A DNA stretch of 32,000 nt from Cereibacter sphaeroides 2.4.1 (GTDB lineage Bacteria; Pseudomonadota; Alphaproteobacteria; Rhodobacterales; Rhodobacteraceae). Of the stretch, positions 1-8,532 are shown one piece after another; position 1 is the first letter of the stretch; the number at the start of each line of letters is the position of its first letter. The stretch covers positions 2,100,001-2,132,000 of the forward strand of contig NC_007493.2 in assembly GCF_000012905.2 (NCBI RefSeq), in the 5' to 3' direction. The position numbers and the translations under genes are program-made. The notes under the pieces are model-generated. The model saw nothing but the letters and a program-made list of their open reading frames with translations. It was not told the DNA's origin and made no database searches.

Positions 1-140
1 CCGAGATCGTCGAGATCAAGGATCATCCGTGGTTCATCGGCGTGCAGTTCCACCCCGAGCTCAAGTCGAAGCCCTTCGCGCCGCATCCGCTGTTCGCCGA
101 TTTCGTGCGCGCCGCGGTCGAGGTGTCGCGGCTGGTCTGA
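1..140 (+). CDS. pyrG: CTP synthase, C-terminal fragment (5' end lies outside the window)
   Basis: Frame +3 is open from the window edge to TGA at 138-140. Translation [45 protein letters not shown] carries the GATase HPE motif typical of the CTP synthase C-terminus. It is absent from the ORF track because the edge cuts it. Confidence 0.85.
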
Positions 141-318
141 GACCGGCCGCCGGGATCGCACAATCGGGCGGTGCGGCTTTCGGGCCGCTGCCGCCGCATG
201 AGGGGCATCAGATGATCGAGCAGGCCGTCGGCAGACCGGATGCCCCCCTCGCGGGGCCGAGGGCGCCAAGTCTCGCGCCCTGCCCCGCCGCGCCGGCGGC
301 CGGGCGCGGGAGGTCCTG

Positions 319-1101
319 ATGCTCTCCTACCAGCACATCTTTCACGCGGGGAACCTCGCCGACGTGCACAAGCACGCGCTCCTCTGCGCGATGCTCGACT
401 ACATGGTGCAGAAGGACAAGCCGCTCACCTATATCGAGACCCACGCGGGCCGCGGCCTCTACGATCTCGGCTCGGCCGAGGCGGTGAAGACCGGCGAAGC
501 CGCGAAAGGCATCGCCCGGCTCGAGGAGCGGCTGCCCGCGGATCACCCCTACCGGCGGCGCCTGCGCGAGGAGCGCGCGATCTTCGGCCCCGACGCCTAT
601 CCGGGCTCGCCGCTTCTGGCCGCGGGCTTCCTGCGCGACGGCGATGCGATGCATCTGGCGGAGCTTCATCCGCAGGAGTTCCGCGAACTGGCGAATGTGA
701 TGGAGCCCTGGGGCGCCCATCTGCGGCAGGAGGACGGGTTCCGCGCCGCGCTGGCGCTGACGCCACCTACGCCCCGGCGCGGCTTCATGCTGATCGACCC
801 GAGCTTCGAGGTGAAGGCGGATTACGACGCGATTCCGAAGCACATGGCCGCGCTCGCGCGGAAATGGAACGTGGGCACCATCGCGCTCTGGTATCCGCTG
901 CTGCCCTCGGGGCTGCACCGGCCAATGATGGCCGCGCTTCGCGACCGGTTCCCCGAGGCGCTCGCCCACGAGGTGCGCTTTCCGCCCGCCCGCGAAGGGC
1001 ACGGGCTCGTCGGATCGGGCATGTTCGTGGTGAACCCGCCCTGGGGCAGCGAGGCGGAGGCAGAGCGCCTGACCGCCCTTTTCGCGGGCCTCACGCGCTG
1101 A
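319..1101 (+). CDS. rlmJ: 23S rRNA (adenine2030-N6)-methyltransferase RlmJ family
   Basis: 260 aa. The N-terminus MLSYQHIFHAGNLADVHKHA matches the RlmJ/YhiR signature (SYxHxFHAGNxADVxKH). GGGAGG Shine-Dalgarno sits just upstream of the ATG. Confidence 0.85.
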   Translation: MLSYQHIFHAGNLADVHKHALLCAMLDYMVQKDKPLTYIETHAGRGLYDLGSAEAVKTGEAAKGIARLEERLPADHPYRRRLREERAIFGPDAYPGSPLLAAGFLRDGDAMHLAELHPQEFRELANVMEPWGAHLRQEDGFRAALALTPPTPRRGFMLIDPSFEVKADYDAIPKHMAALARKWNVGTIALWYPLLPSGLHRPMMAALRDRFPEALAHEVRFPPAREGHGLVGSGMFVVNPPWGSEAEAERLTALFAGLTR

Positions 1102-1181
1102 GCCGGATCGCCGGGACGTGACAGGGCCGCCCTCGGGCACGGCGCTTGGCAGCCCGCAGGCGGCGCTCTATATCCCTTCCC

Positions 1182-1619
1182 ATGTTCGACAGTCTCCTCC
1201 GCCGCCTGACGGCGCCCGCCCCCGACCGTCTGCCCGACCCCGACGCCGATCTGGCGCTGGCGGCGCTTCTCGTGCGCGTGGCGCGCGCGGACGGACATTA
1301 CGACGAGTCCGAGATCGCCCGGATCGACCGGGTGCTGGCCAACCGCCGGGGCCTCGGCCCCGAGGCGGCTGGGCAGCTCCGGCGCGAGGCCGAAGCCTTC
1401 GAGGCCCAGGCGCCCGACACGGTGCGCTTCACGCGCGCACTGAAGGAGGCTGTGCCGGTCGAGGACCGGTTCGCGCTGATGCAGGCGCTCTGGACGGTGG
1501 CGCTGGCCGATGGCGAGCGGGACGCGGACGAGGATCAGGTGCTGCGGCTGGTGGCTAATCTCCTCGGCCTCACCGATCAGGAAAGCGCCATCGCCCGGCA
1601 GCACGCCGAGCGCGGCTGA
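1182..1619 (+). CDS. TerB-family (tellurite-resistance TerB-like) protein
   Basis: The track ORF starts at TTG 1146; the in-frame ATG at 1182 (MFDSLLRRL...) is more plausible. It has two repeats of the TerB-type acidic helical motif (ADGHYDESEIARIDRVL and ADGERDADEDQVLRLVANLLGL). Confidence 0.7.
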   Translation: MFDSLLRRLTAPAPDRLPDPDADLALAALLVRVARADGHYDESEIARIDRVLANRRGLGPEAAGQLRREAEAFEAQAPDTVRFTRALKEAVPVEDRFALMQALWTVALADGERDADEDQVLRLVANLLGLTDQESAIARQHAERG

Positions 1620-1642
1620 CCCCTCCAGCGGCCGAAAGCCGG

Positions 1643-1671
1643 GCGCTCTGCCTGTTGCGCATGCAGAGCGC
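1643..1671 (+). terminator. Stem-loop downstream of the TerB-like gene (GCGCTCTGC-N11-GCAGAGCGC); no U-tract
   Basis: Perfect 9-bp inverted repeat at 1643-1651 / 1663-1671, 24 nt after the stop codon. It could be a terminator or an operator for the downstream ABC operon. Confidence 0.3.
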
Positions 1672-1782
1672 GTTGAAACGCCTGCGGTCTGGGCGAGGGG
1701 CCGCGACGTCGCAGCGAATGCGCCTTGCCTTGGCCCGGGATTTGCGCCCTACTTGTCCCGCAGTGACAATTTGCGAGACGTC

Positions 1783-2580
1783 GTGACCGCCCAGACCCGA
1801 GACCCAGGCCCCGCGCGCCCCGTCCCCGTCATCGAGATCCGAAACCTGCACAAGAGCTACGGCAATCTCGAAGTTCTCAAGGGCGTGGATATGGTGGCTC
1901 CGAAAGGCCATGTCGTCTCGCTGATCGGATCCTCCGGTTCGGGCAAGTCCACCCTCCTGCGCTGCGCCAACCTTCTCGAGGACAGTCAGGACGGCGAGAT
2001 CCTCTTCGAGGGCGAGGCCGTGCGCTGGCGCGGCGAGGGGCTGGCCCGCCATCCGGCCGACAAGGCGCAGGTGATCCGCATCCGCACCAACCTGTCGATG
2101 GTGTTCCAGCAGTTCAATCTCTGGTCCCACATGACGATCCTGCAGAACGTCATGGAGGCGCCGGTCACGGTGCTGGGCCGTCCGCGCGCCGAGGTCGAGG
2201 AGGCGGCGCGGCGCTACCTCGCCAAGGTGGGCATCGGCGACAAGTGCGACGCCTATCCCGCGCAGCTCTCGGGGGGCCAGCAGCAGCGCGCCGCGATCGC
2301 CCGCGCCCTCTGCATGGAACCGCGCGCGCTGCTCTTCGACGAGCCGACCTCGGCGCTCGACCCCGAGCTGGAGCAGGAGGTGGTGCGCGTCATCAAGGCC
2401 CTGGCCGAAGAGGGCCGCACCATGCTGCTCGTGACGCACGACATGCGGATGGCCGCAGACGTGTCCGACCATGTGATCTTCCTCCATCAGGGGCGGATCG
2501 AGGAGGAAGGGCCGCCCGACCGGCTCTTCGGGGCGCCGCAGACCGACCGGCTGCGCCAGTTCCTGTCCGCCACCGCCTGA
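1783..2580 (+). CDS. Polar amino-acid ABC transporter ATP-binding protein (HisP/OccP-like)
   Basis: Walker A GSSGSGKST, ABC signature LSGGQQQR and Walker B LLFDEPTSALD are present. The track ORF (from 1510) overlaps the upstream gene; the in-frame GTG at 1783 gives the family-typical ~265 aa. Confidence 0.85.
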   Translation: MTAQTRDPGPARPVPVIEIRNLHKSYGNLEVLKGVDMVAPKGHVVSLIGSSGSGKSTLLRCANLLEDSQDGEILFEGEAVRWRGEGLARHPADKAQVIRIRTNLSMVFQQFNLWSHMTILQNVMEAPVTVLGRPRAEVEEAARRYLAKVGIGDKCDAYPAQLSGGQQQRAAIARALCMEPRALLFDEPTSALDPELEQEVVRVIKALAEEGRTMLLVTHDMRMAADVSDHVIFLHQGRIEEEGPPDRLFGAPQTDRLRQFLSATA

Positions 2581-2622
2581 CGAGACCCACACAACAATCA
2601 ACAAACTGACCGGGAGAGAATA

Positions 2623-3348
2623 ATGAAGAAGCTGATCCTGACCACGGCGCTCGTGGCGCTGGCCGCCGGAGCGGCCGTGGCGCAGCAGACCGTCCGCATG
2701 GGCACCGAGGGCGCCTACCCTCCCTACAACTTCATCAATGACAAGGGCGAGGTCGACGGCTACGAGCGCGAGCTCGGCGACGAGCTGTGCAAGCGGGCGA
2801 ACCTCACCTGCACCTGGGTGAAGAACGACTGGGACAGCATCGTGCCGAACCTGCAGTCGGGCAACTATGACACGATCATGGCCGGCATGAGCATCACCGA
2901 GGAGCGGGAGAAGGTCATCGACTTCACCCAGAATTACATCCCGCCGCTGGCCTCGGCCTATGCCTCGACCTCGCCCGATGCCGACATCGAGGGCGGCGTG
3001 GTGGCGGCGCAGACCGGCACGATCCAGGCCGCGCATGTCGCCGAGAGCGGCGCCACGCTGCTCGAATTCGCGACCGGCGAGGAGACGGTGGCGGCGGTGC
3101 GCAACGGCGAGGCCGATGCAGTCTTCGCCGACAAGGACTTCCTCGTGCCCTTCGTCAACGAATCGAGCGGTGAGTTCACCTTCGTGGGCGAGGACGTGCC
3201 GCTGGGCGGCGGTGTGGGCATGGGCCTGCGCAAGTCCGACACCGAGCTGAAGGAGAAGTTCAACGCGGCGATCCAGTCCATGAAGGACGACGGCACGATC
3301 AACGCGATGATCAAGAAGTGGTTCGGCGACGACATCCAGACCTTCTGA
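2623..3348 (+). CDS. Periplasmic substrate-binding protein, family 3 (Lys/Arg/Orn/His/opine-binding type)
   Basis: 241 aa with signal peptide MKKLILTTALVALAAGAAVAQQ. GTEGAYPPYNF and DTIMAGMSIT motifs are typical of HisJ/ArgT/OccJ-type binding proteins. GGGAGAG Shine-Dalgarno sits in an AT-rich spacer. Confidence 0.85.
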   Translation: MKKLILTTALVALAAGAAVAQQTVRMGTEGAYPPYNFINDKGEVDGYERELGDELCKRANLTCTWVKNDWDSIVPNLQSGNYDTIMAGMSITEEREKVIDFTQNYIPPLASAYASTSPDADIEGGVVAAQTGTIQAAHVAESGATLLEFATGEETVAAVRNGEADAVFADKDFLVPFVNESSGEFTFVGEDVPLGGGVGMGLRKSDTELKEKFNAAIQSMKDDGTINAMIKKWFGDDIQTF

Positions 3349-3357
3349 TCGAAAGGA

Positions 3358-3379
3358 GGAGGGCCCCGCGGGGCCCTCC
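3358..3379 (+). promoter_or_regulatory. Perfect 22-nt GC palindrome (GGAGGGCCCCGCGGGGCCCTCC) between the binding-protein and permease genes
   Basis: The sequence equals its own reverse complement: a 9-bp stem (3358-3366 / 3371-3379) with a 4-nt loop. Its 5' arm contains the only Shine-Dalgarno-like GGAGG ahead of the permease ATG at 3388. Confidence 0.6.
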
Positions 3380-3387
3380 GCCCGCCC

Positions 3388-4269
3388 ATGTTCGCAAGCT
3401 GCGCCGATCCCAACAGCCTCGAGGGCCTGAGCTGGCTCCTGTGCTACCTCACCTCGGGGTCGCACATCGCCTTCTACTGGTCCTTCGTCACCGTGCTCGT
3501 GCTGCTGGCCGTCACGGCCCCTGCGGCCCTGGCCTTCGGCTTTGCGGGCGCTGTCGCCGCGCGCTCGCCCCTCTGGCCGCTCTCGGTCGCGGGGCGCACC
3601 TACACGGCCATGGTCCGGGGCGTTCCGGACATCGTCTTCTTCCTGTTCTTCGTGATCGCGCTCGACCAGGGCATCGAATGGGTCGTCCATCAGGTCCGCT
3701 GCCCGGACTGGACCGAGCCCGTCCGGCAGGGGCTCGAGTTCCGCGTCTGCCCCGCGGCCAAGGTGCCGCCCGGGAACGCGCCGCAGATCTGGCACCAGAT
3801 CTACGGTTTCGCGCTGGCCGTGGCGACCTTCGCCATCGTCTTCGGGGCCTTCGTCTCGAACGTGCTGACCGGCGCGATGAATGCCGTGCCGAAGGCGCAG
3901 CTCGAAACGGCCGAGAGCTACGGCATGAGCCACGGGCAGGTCTTCCGCCGCATCCTCGTGCCGCAGATGTGGATCTACGCGCTGCCGGGCCTCTCGAACC
4001 TCTGGATGATCCTCATCAAGGCCACGCCGCTTCTGTTCCTTCTGGGCGTGCAGGACATCGTCTACTGGGCGCGCGAGCTGGGCGGCACCAAGACCTCGCT
4101 CTATGCCTATCCGCATCCCGACTGGCGGCTCTACTACTTCCTCGCGCTCCTCGTCTTCTATCTCGGCATGACGCGGGTCTCCGAGATCGTGCTCGGCCGT
4201 CTCACGCGGCGGCTCAGCTTCGGACAGGCCACCGCCGGGGGCGAGGCACAGCGGAAGGCCGCCACATGA
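3388..4269 (+). CDS. Amino-acid ABC transporter permease (HisQ/OccQ-like, with an enlarged periplasmic loop)
   Basis: 293 aa and multi-TM. The EAA-type segment (ETAESYGMSHGQVFRRILVPQM) is typical of His/Glu/Gln/Arg/opine family permeases. Its stop overlaps the next start (ATGA). Confidence 0.8.
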   Translation: MFASCADPNSLEGLSWLLCYLTSGSHIAFYWSFVTVLVLLAVTAPAALAFGFAGAVAARSPLWPLSVAGRTYTAMVRGVPDIVFFLFFVIALDQGIEWVVHQVRCPDWTEPVRQGLEFRVCPAAKVPPGNAPQIWHQIYGFALAVATFAIVFGAFVSNVLTGAMNAVPKAQLETAESYGMSHGQVFRRILVPQMWIYALPGLSNLWMILIKATPLLFLLGVQDIVYWARELGGTKTSLYAYPHPDWRLYYFLALLVFYLGMTRVSEIVLGRLTRRLSFGQATAGGEAQRKAAT

Positions 4270-5093
4270 GCTGCATCGACACGATCGCCGATTACGGGCT
4301 GCGCTCGCTGGGCCTCGGCGAGCGGCTGCTGCCGCGCACCGATTTCACGCTCTGCCAGCAGTTCACGCTGATCGGCTCGGGCATGATCTGGAACATCTAT
4401 TTCGGCGTGCTGGCGCTGGCGGCGGGCTTCTTCCTTGCCAACGCCCTGGCCGTGGCCAAGGCCGCCCCCTCGCCTCTCGTCCGCAAGCCTGCGGAATGGT
4501 TCATCTTCCTCTTCCGCGGCTCGCCCCTCTTCATCCAGTTCTTCATCGCCTATCAGGCGCTGGTGATGCTGCCGCGGGCGGGCATCGACCTCTGGGGGAT
4601 CACGGTCGAGACCGCCTGGCTCACGCGGGCGTGGGCCGGCGCGCTGATCGTTCTCTTCTTCAACACCGCCGCCTATTCGGCCGAGATCTTCCACGGCGCG
4701 CTGATGGCGATCCCCAAGGGCGATCTCGAGGCCGCCGACGCCTACGGCCTGTCCGGCTGGAAGAAGTTCCGCCGCATCCAGTGGCCGACGATGCTGCGCC
4801 TCGCCTGGCCCGCCTATACCAACGAGGCGATCTTTCTCTTTCATGCGACGACGCTCGTCTTCTTCTCGGGCTTTCCCGCCTTCCAGCAGCGCGGCGACGC
4901 GCTCTACTATGCCAACTATTTCGCCGACAAGACGTTCAACCCATTCGTGCCTTACCCCATCGTGGCCTTCTATTTCATCTGCCTCACACTTCTCGTGATC
5001 TGGCTCTTCGGGCTGATGAACCGGAGGCTGAACCGCCACGTTCCGCAGGCCCACCGGCCGCGACTGAGGGTCAGGCCGCAGATCATCAGGTGA
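4266..5093 (+). CDS. Amino-acid ABC transporter permease (HisM/OccM-like)
   Basis: This is the C-terminal part of track ORF 3318..5093. ATG 4266 (MSCIDTIADYG...) overlaps the upstream stop by 4 nt. EAA motif LEAADAYGLSGWKKFRRIQWP and multiple TM segments are present. Confidence 0.8.
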   Translation: MSCIDTIADYGLRSLGLGERLLPRTDFTLCQQFTLIGSGMIWNIYFGVLALAAGFFLANALAVAKAAPSPLVRKPAEWFIFLFRGSPLFIQFFIAYQALVMLPRAGIDLWGITVETAWLTRAWAGALIVLFFNTAAYSAEIFHGALMAIPKGDLEAADAYGLSGWKKFRRIQWPTMLRLAWPAYTNEAIFLFHATTLVFFSGFPAFQQRGDALYYANYFADKTFNPFVPYPIVAFYFICLTLLVIWLFGLMNRRLNRHVPQAHRPRLRVRPQIIR

Positions 5094-5097
5094 CTTG

Positions 5098-6435
5098 ATG
5101 AAAGACTGGCTGAGAAAGCATCCCCAGGTCCGCACGATCCGTGTCGCGGCCGCGGATCTCAACGGGCAGGCGCGGGGCAAGCGCATCCCCGCCCGCTTCG
5201 CCGACAAGGTCGTGAAGGACGGCACGCGCTTTCCGTTCTCGGTGCTCAACCTCGACATCTGGGGCGAGGATATCGACGACAGCCCGCTCGTCTTCGAGCA
5301 GGGCGATGCCGACGGGATCCTGCGCCCGACCGAGCGCGGCTTCATGCCGATGCCCTGGCTCGAGGCGCCGACCGCGCTCCTGCCGATCTGGATGTTCCGC
5401 GAGGACGGCCGCCCCTACGAGGGCGACCCGCGCCATGCGCTGCGCGCCGTGCTCGACCGCTACAAGGCGCGCGGCCTGACGCCCGTCGTGGCCGTCGAGC
5501 TCGAGTTCTTCCTGATCGACGACAGCGGCAAGACCCTGCAGGTGCCGCCGTCGCCGCGGTCGGGCAAGCGCAGGAAGGCCGCCGAGGCGCTCTCGATCCG
5601 CGCGCTCGACGCCTTCGACATCTTCTTCACCGACCTCTACGACGCCTGTGAGGAGATGGACATTCCCGCCGACACCGCCACGTCGGAAACCGGGCTCGGC
5701 CAGTTCGAGGTGAACCTGATGCATTGCGACGATGCCCTGCGCGCCGCCGACGATGCCTGGTTCTTCAAGCTTCTGGTCAAGGGCCTCGCCCGAAGGCACG
5801 GCTTCGCCGCGAGCTTCATGGCCAAGCCCTACCCGGAATATTCGGGCTCGGGCCTGCACATGCATTTCTCGGTGCTCGACGCGCAGGGGCGGAATGTCTT
5901 CGACAACGGCGGCCCCACCGGCACGGCGATGATGCGGCACGCGGTGGCGGGCTGCCTGAATGCGATGCACGACAGCACGCTCGTCTTCGCGCCGCACGCC
6001 AACAGCTACGACCGGCTGGTGCCCGGGATGCATGCCCCCACCGCCATCTCCTGGGGCTACGAGAACCGCACCACCGCCGTGCGGATCCCCGCGGGCAACC
6101 CGGCCGCGCGGCGGATCGAGCATCGCGTGGCGGGCGGCGACGTGAACCCCTATCTCCTTGTCGCCACCATCCTCGGCGCGGCCCTGACCGGCATCGAGGA
6201 TCAGGAGGAGCCGCCGCAGGCCATCATGGGCAACGCCTATGCCCTCGAAGACCTGCCGCAGATCCCCCCGAGCTGGGAGGCCGCGATTCAGTCCTTCGAA
6301 AATTCGGCAATCATGCCGCGAATCCTTCCGCGCGAGCTCATCCGCAACTATGTCCTGACGAAGCGGCAGGAACTGCACTATCTGGCCGAGCTCTCGCCCG
6401 AGGAACAGGTCGAGCTCTACCTCGATACCGTCTGA
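5098..6435 (+). CDS. Glutamine-synthetase-family ligase (gamma-glutamyl-amine synthetase-like), paralog 1
   Basis: GS catalytic-domain motifs are present: FMAKPYPEYSGSGLHMHFS, NSYDRLVPG, YENRTTAVRIP and RIEHRVAGGDVNPYL. ATG 5098 has AGGTGA 5 nt upstream; the track start TTG 5095 is less likely. Confidence 0.8.
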   Translation: MKDWLRKHPQVRTIRVAAADLNGQARGKRIPARFADKVVKDGTRFPFSVLNLDIWGEDIDDSPLVFEQGDADGILRPTERGFMPMPWLEAPTALLPIWMFREDGRPYEGDPRHALRAVLDRYKARGLTPVVAVELEFFLIDDSGKTLQVPPSPRSGKRRKAAEALSIRALDAFDIFFTDLYDACEEMDIPADTATSETGLGQFEVNLMHCDDALRAADDAWFFKLLVKGLARRHGFAASFMAKPYPEYSGSGLHMHFSVLDAQGRNVFDNGGPTGTAMMRHAVAGCLNAMHDSTLVFAPHANSYDRLVPGMHAPTAISWGYENRTTAVRIPAGNPAARRIEHRVAGGDVNPYLLVATILGAALTGIEDQEEPPQAIMGNAYALEDLPQIPPSWEAAIQSFENSAIMPRILPRELIRNYVLTKRQELHYLAELSPEEQVELYLDTV

Positions 6436-6494
6436 CCTCTTGCCGCCTGACCCGGGCCGGGGTTACTCTCCGGCCCAGACAATTCGGACAATTC

Positions 6495-7172
6495 ATGCTG
6501 ATCGGCATCCTGCAGACGGGCGAAGCGCCCGACGTCCTCTCCGCTGAGATGGGGGACTATCCCGACATGTTCCGTCGCCTGCTCGACGGGAAAGGGTTCA
6601 CGTTCCGCACCTACCGCGTGCTCGACATGGAGTTCCCCGCGAGCGTCCACGACTGCGACGGCTGGCTCATCACCGGCTCGCGCCATGGCGTCTACGAGGA
6701 GCATGCCTTCATCCCGCCGCTCGAAGCCTTCATCCGCGAGGCCCGCGATGCGCGGGTGCCGCTGGTGGGCATCTGCTTCGGCCACCAGATCGTGGCGCAG
6801 GCCTTGGGCGGCCGGGTGGAGCGGTCGGACAAGGGCTGGGCCGTGGGCCCCACCGCCTACGAGTTCGGCGACGACCGGATCGTGCTGAACGCCTGGCACC
6901 GCGACCAGGTGATCGAGCCGCCCATTGGGGCCGAGGTGATCGCGAGCAACAGCTTCTGCGAGAATGCGGCCCTCCTCTACGGCGATTACGCCTTCACGGT
7001 GCAGGCTCATCCCGAGTTCCGCGACGATTTCGTCGGGGGGCTCATGCGCACCCGTGGCCCCGGCGTGGTGCCCGACGACCGGCTCCGCGCCGCCGAGGAG
7101 CGGCTCGGCCAACCCAACGATGCGGACCGGCTCGCGGAGCGCATCGCCCAGTTCTTCAATCAGGCTAGATAG
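6495..7172 (+). CDS. Class-I glutamine amidotransferase-like protein (candidate gamma-glutamyl-amide hydrolase)
   Basis: 225 aa lying inside track ORF 5724..7172. It has the nucleophile elbow VGICFGHQ and the downstream HPEF His-Glu motif of GATase1. The start MLIGILQTGEAP follows a tandem GACAATTC-G-GACAATTC with no clear Shine-Dalgarno. Confidence 0.75.
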   Translation: MLIGILQTGEAPDVLSAEMGDYPDMFRRLLDGKGFTFRTYRVLDMEFPASVHDCDGWLITGSRHGVYEEHAFIPPLEAFIREARDARVPLVGICFGHQIVAQALGGRVERSDKGWAVGPTAYEFGDDRIVLNAWHRDQVIEPPIGAEVIASNSFCENAALLYGDYAFTVQAHPEFRDDFVGGLMRTRGPGVVPDDRLRAAEERLGQPNDADRLAERIAQFFNQAR

Positions 7173-7176
7173 TTCC

Positions 7177-8532
7177 ATGTCCGACTGGACCGACAGACTT
7201 CCCGAAGCCGCCCGCGCCTACATCGCAGACCGCCGGGTGGACGAAGTGGAGTGCATCCTCTCCGACATCGCGGGCGTGGCGCGCGGCAAGGCCATGCCCG
7301 CCTTCAAGTTCGGCAAGCAGACGAGCTTCTTCCTGCCGAACTCGATCTTCCTGCAGACCATCACCGGCGAATGGGCCGACAATCCCTCGGGCGCCTTCAC
7401 CGAGCCCGACATGATCCTGATCCCGGACTATTCCACCGCGACCGCTGCGCCCTGGACGGCGGATATCACCTTGCAGGTGATCCACGATGCGGTGGACCAG
7501 CAGGGCCGGCCGGTGCCCGTCTCGCCGCGCAACGTGCTGCGGCGGGTGGTCGAGCTTTACAATGCGGAAGGCTGGACGCCGATCGTGGCGCCGGAGATGG
7601 AGTTCTTCCTCGTCGCGCGCAACATCGACCCCAACATGCCGGTCATGCCGCCCATGGGCCGGACGGGCCGCCGTGCGGCGGCCAAGCAGGCCTATTCCAT
7701 GTCCGCGGTGGACGAATACGGCAAGGTCATCGACGACATCTACGATTTCGCCGAGGCGCAGGGCTTCGAGATCGACGGGATCCTGCAGGAGGGCGGCGCG
7801 GGTCAGGTCGAGATCAACCTCGCTCATGGCGACCCGGTGGCTCTGGCCGACCAGATCTTCTTCTTCAAGCGGCTGATCCGCGAGGCCGCGCTGCGCCACG
7901 ACTGTTTCGCGACCTTCATGGCCAAGCCCATCGAGGGCGAGCCCGGCTCGGCCATGCACATCCACCATTCGGTCGTCGACAGCGCGAGCAAGCTCAACAT
8001 CTTCTCGGATGCCAAGGGCGGCGAAACCGAGGCCTTCCTCCATTTCATTGCGGGCATGCAGACGCACCTGCCCGCGGCGGTCGCGCTGCTTGCGCCCTAC
8101 GTCAACAGCTACCGCCGCTACGTCCCGGACTTCGCGGCCCCGATCAACCTCGAATGGGGACGCGACAACCGCACGACAGGGCTGCGCGTGCCGATCTCGG
8201 GGCCCGAGGCGCGGCGGCTCGAGAACCGGCTGGCCGGCATGGACTGCAACCCCTACCTCGGGCTCGCGGCCTCGCTCGCCTGCGGCTATCTGGGGCTGAA
8301 GGAGCGGAAGATGCCGCAGCCCGAATGCACGGGCGACGCCTACATGTCCGAGACGGATCTGCCCTACAACCTCGGCGATGCGCTCGACCTGCTCGAGGAG
8401 GACGCGGCCCTGCGCGACGTGCTGGGGCCCGAGTTCTGCGGCGTCTACGATTCGGTCAAGCGCAACGAATACAAGGAGTTCCTTCAGGTCATCAGCCCGT
8501 GGGAGCGCGAGCATCTGCTGCTGAACGTATGA
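7177..8532 (+). CDS. Glutamine-synthetase-family ligase (PuuA/SpuB-like gamma-glutamylpolyamine synthetase), paralog 2
   Basis: 451 aa. Motifs FMAKPIEGEPGSAMHIHHS, NSYRRYVP, GRDNRTTGLRVP and RLENRLAGMDCNPYL are present. It starts 4 nt after the amidotransferase stop. Confidence 0.8.
   Translation: MSDWTDRLPEAARAYIADRRVDEVECILSDIAGVARGKAMPAFKFGKQTSFFLPNSIFLQTITGEWADNPSGAFTEPDMILIPDYSTATAAPWTADITLQVIHDAVDQQGRPVPVSPRNVLRRVVELYNAEGWTPIVAPEMEFFLVARNIDPNMPVMPPMGRTGRRAAAKQAYSMSAVDEYGKVIDDIYDFAEAQGFEIDGILQEGGAGQVEINLAHGDPVALADQIFFFKRLIREAALRHDCFATFMAKPIEGEPGSAMHIHHSVVDSASKLNIFSDAKGGETEAFLHFIAGMQTHLPAAVALLAPYVNSYRRYVPDFAAPINLEWGRDNRTTGLRVPISGPEARRLENRLAGMDCNPYLGLAASLACGYLGLKERKMPQPECTGDAYMSETDLPYNLGDALDLLEEDAALRDVLGPEFCGVYDSVKRNEYKEFLQVISPWEREHLLLNV

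Noticed and set aside
141-318. Weak hairpins after pyrG (CCGCC..GGCGG around 150-175, GCGGC-tttcgg-GCCGC around 172-190) and the 96-aa ORF 29..319.
   Set aside because: The stems are short and bulged with no U-tract. The ORF is out of frame with pyrG, Arg/Ala/Pro-rich and lacks a Shine-Dalgarno. This is not enough to call a terminator or a gene.
1570-4116. 848-aa minus-strand ORF covering the ABC transporter genes. Similar giant ORFs lie at 8484..11369 (-), 11252..14758 (+), 5086..6378 (-) and 7165..8610 (-).
   Set aside because: These are classic high-GC shadow ORFs. Their translations are Arg/Gly/Ala/Pro/His-rich with no recognisable motifs. Each lies antisense or out of frame to a gene with unambiguous family signatures (ABC motifs, GS motifs, PhaC, transaminase).
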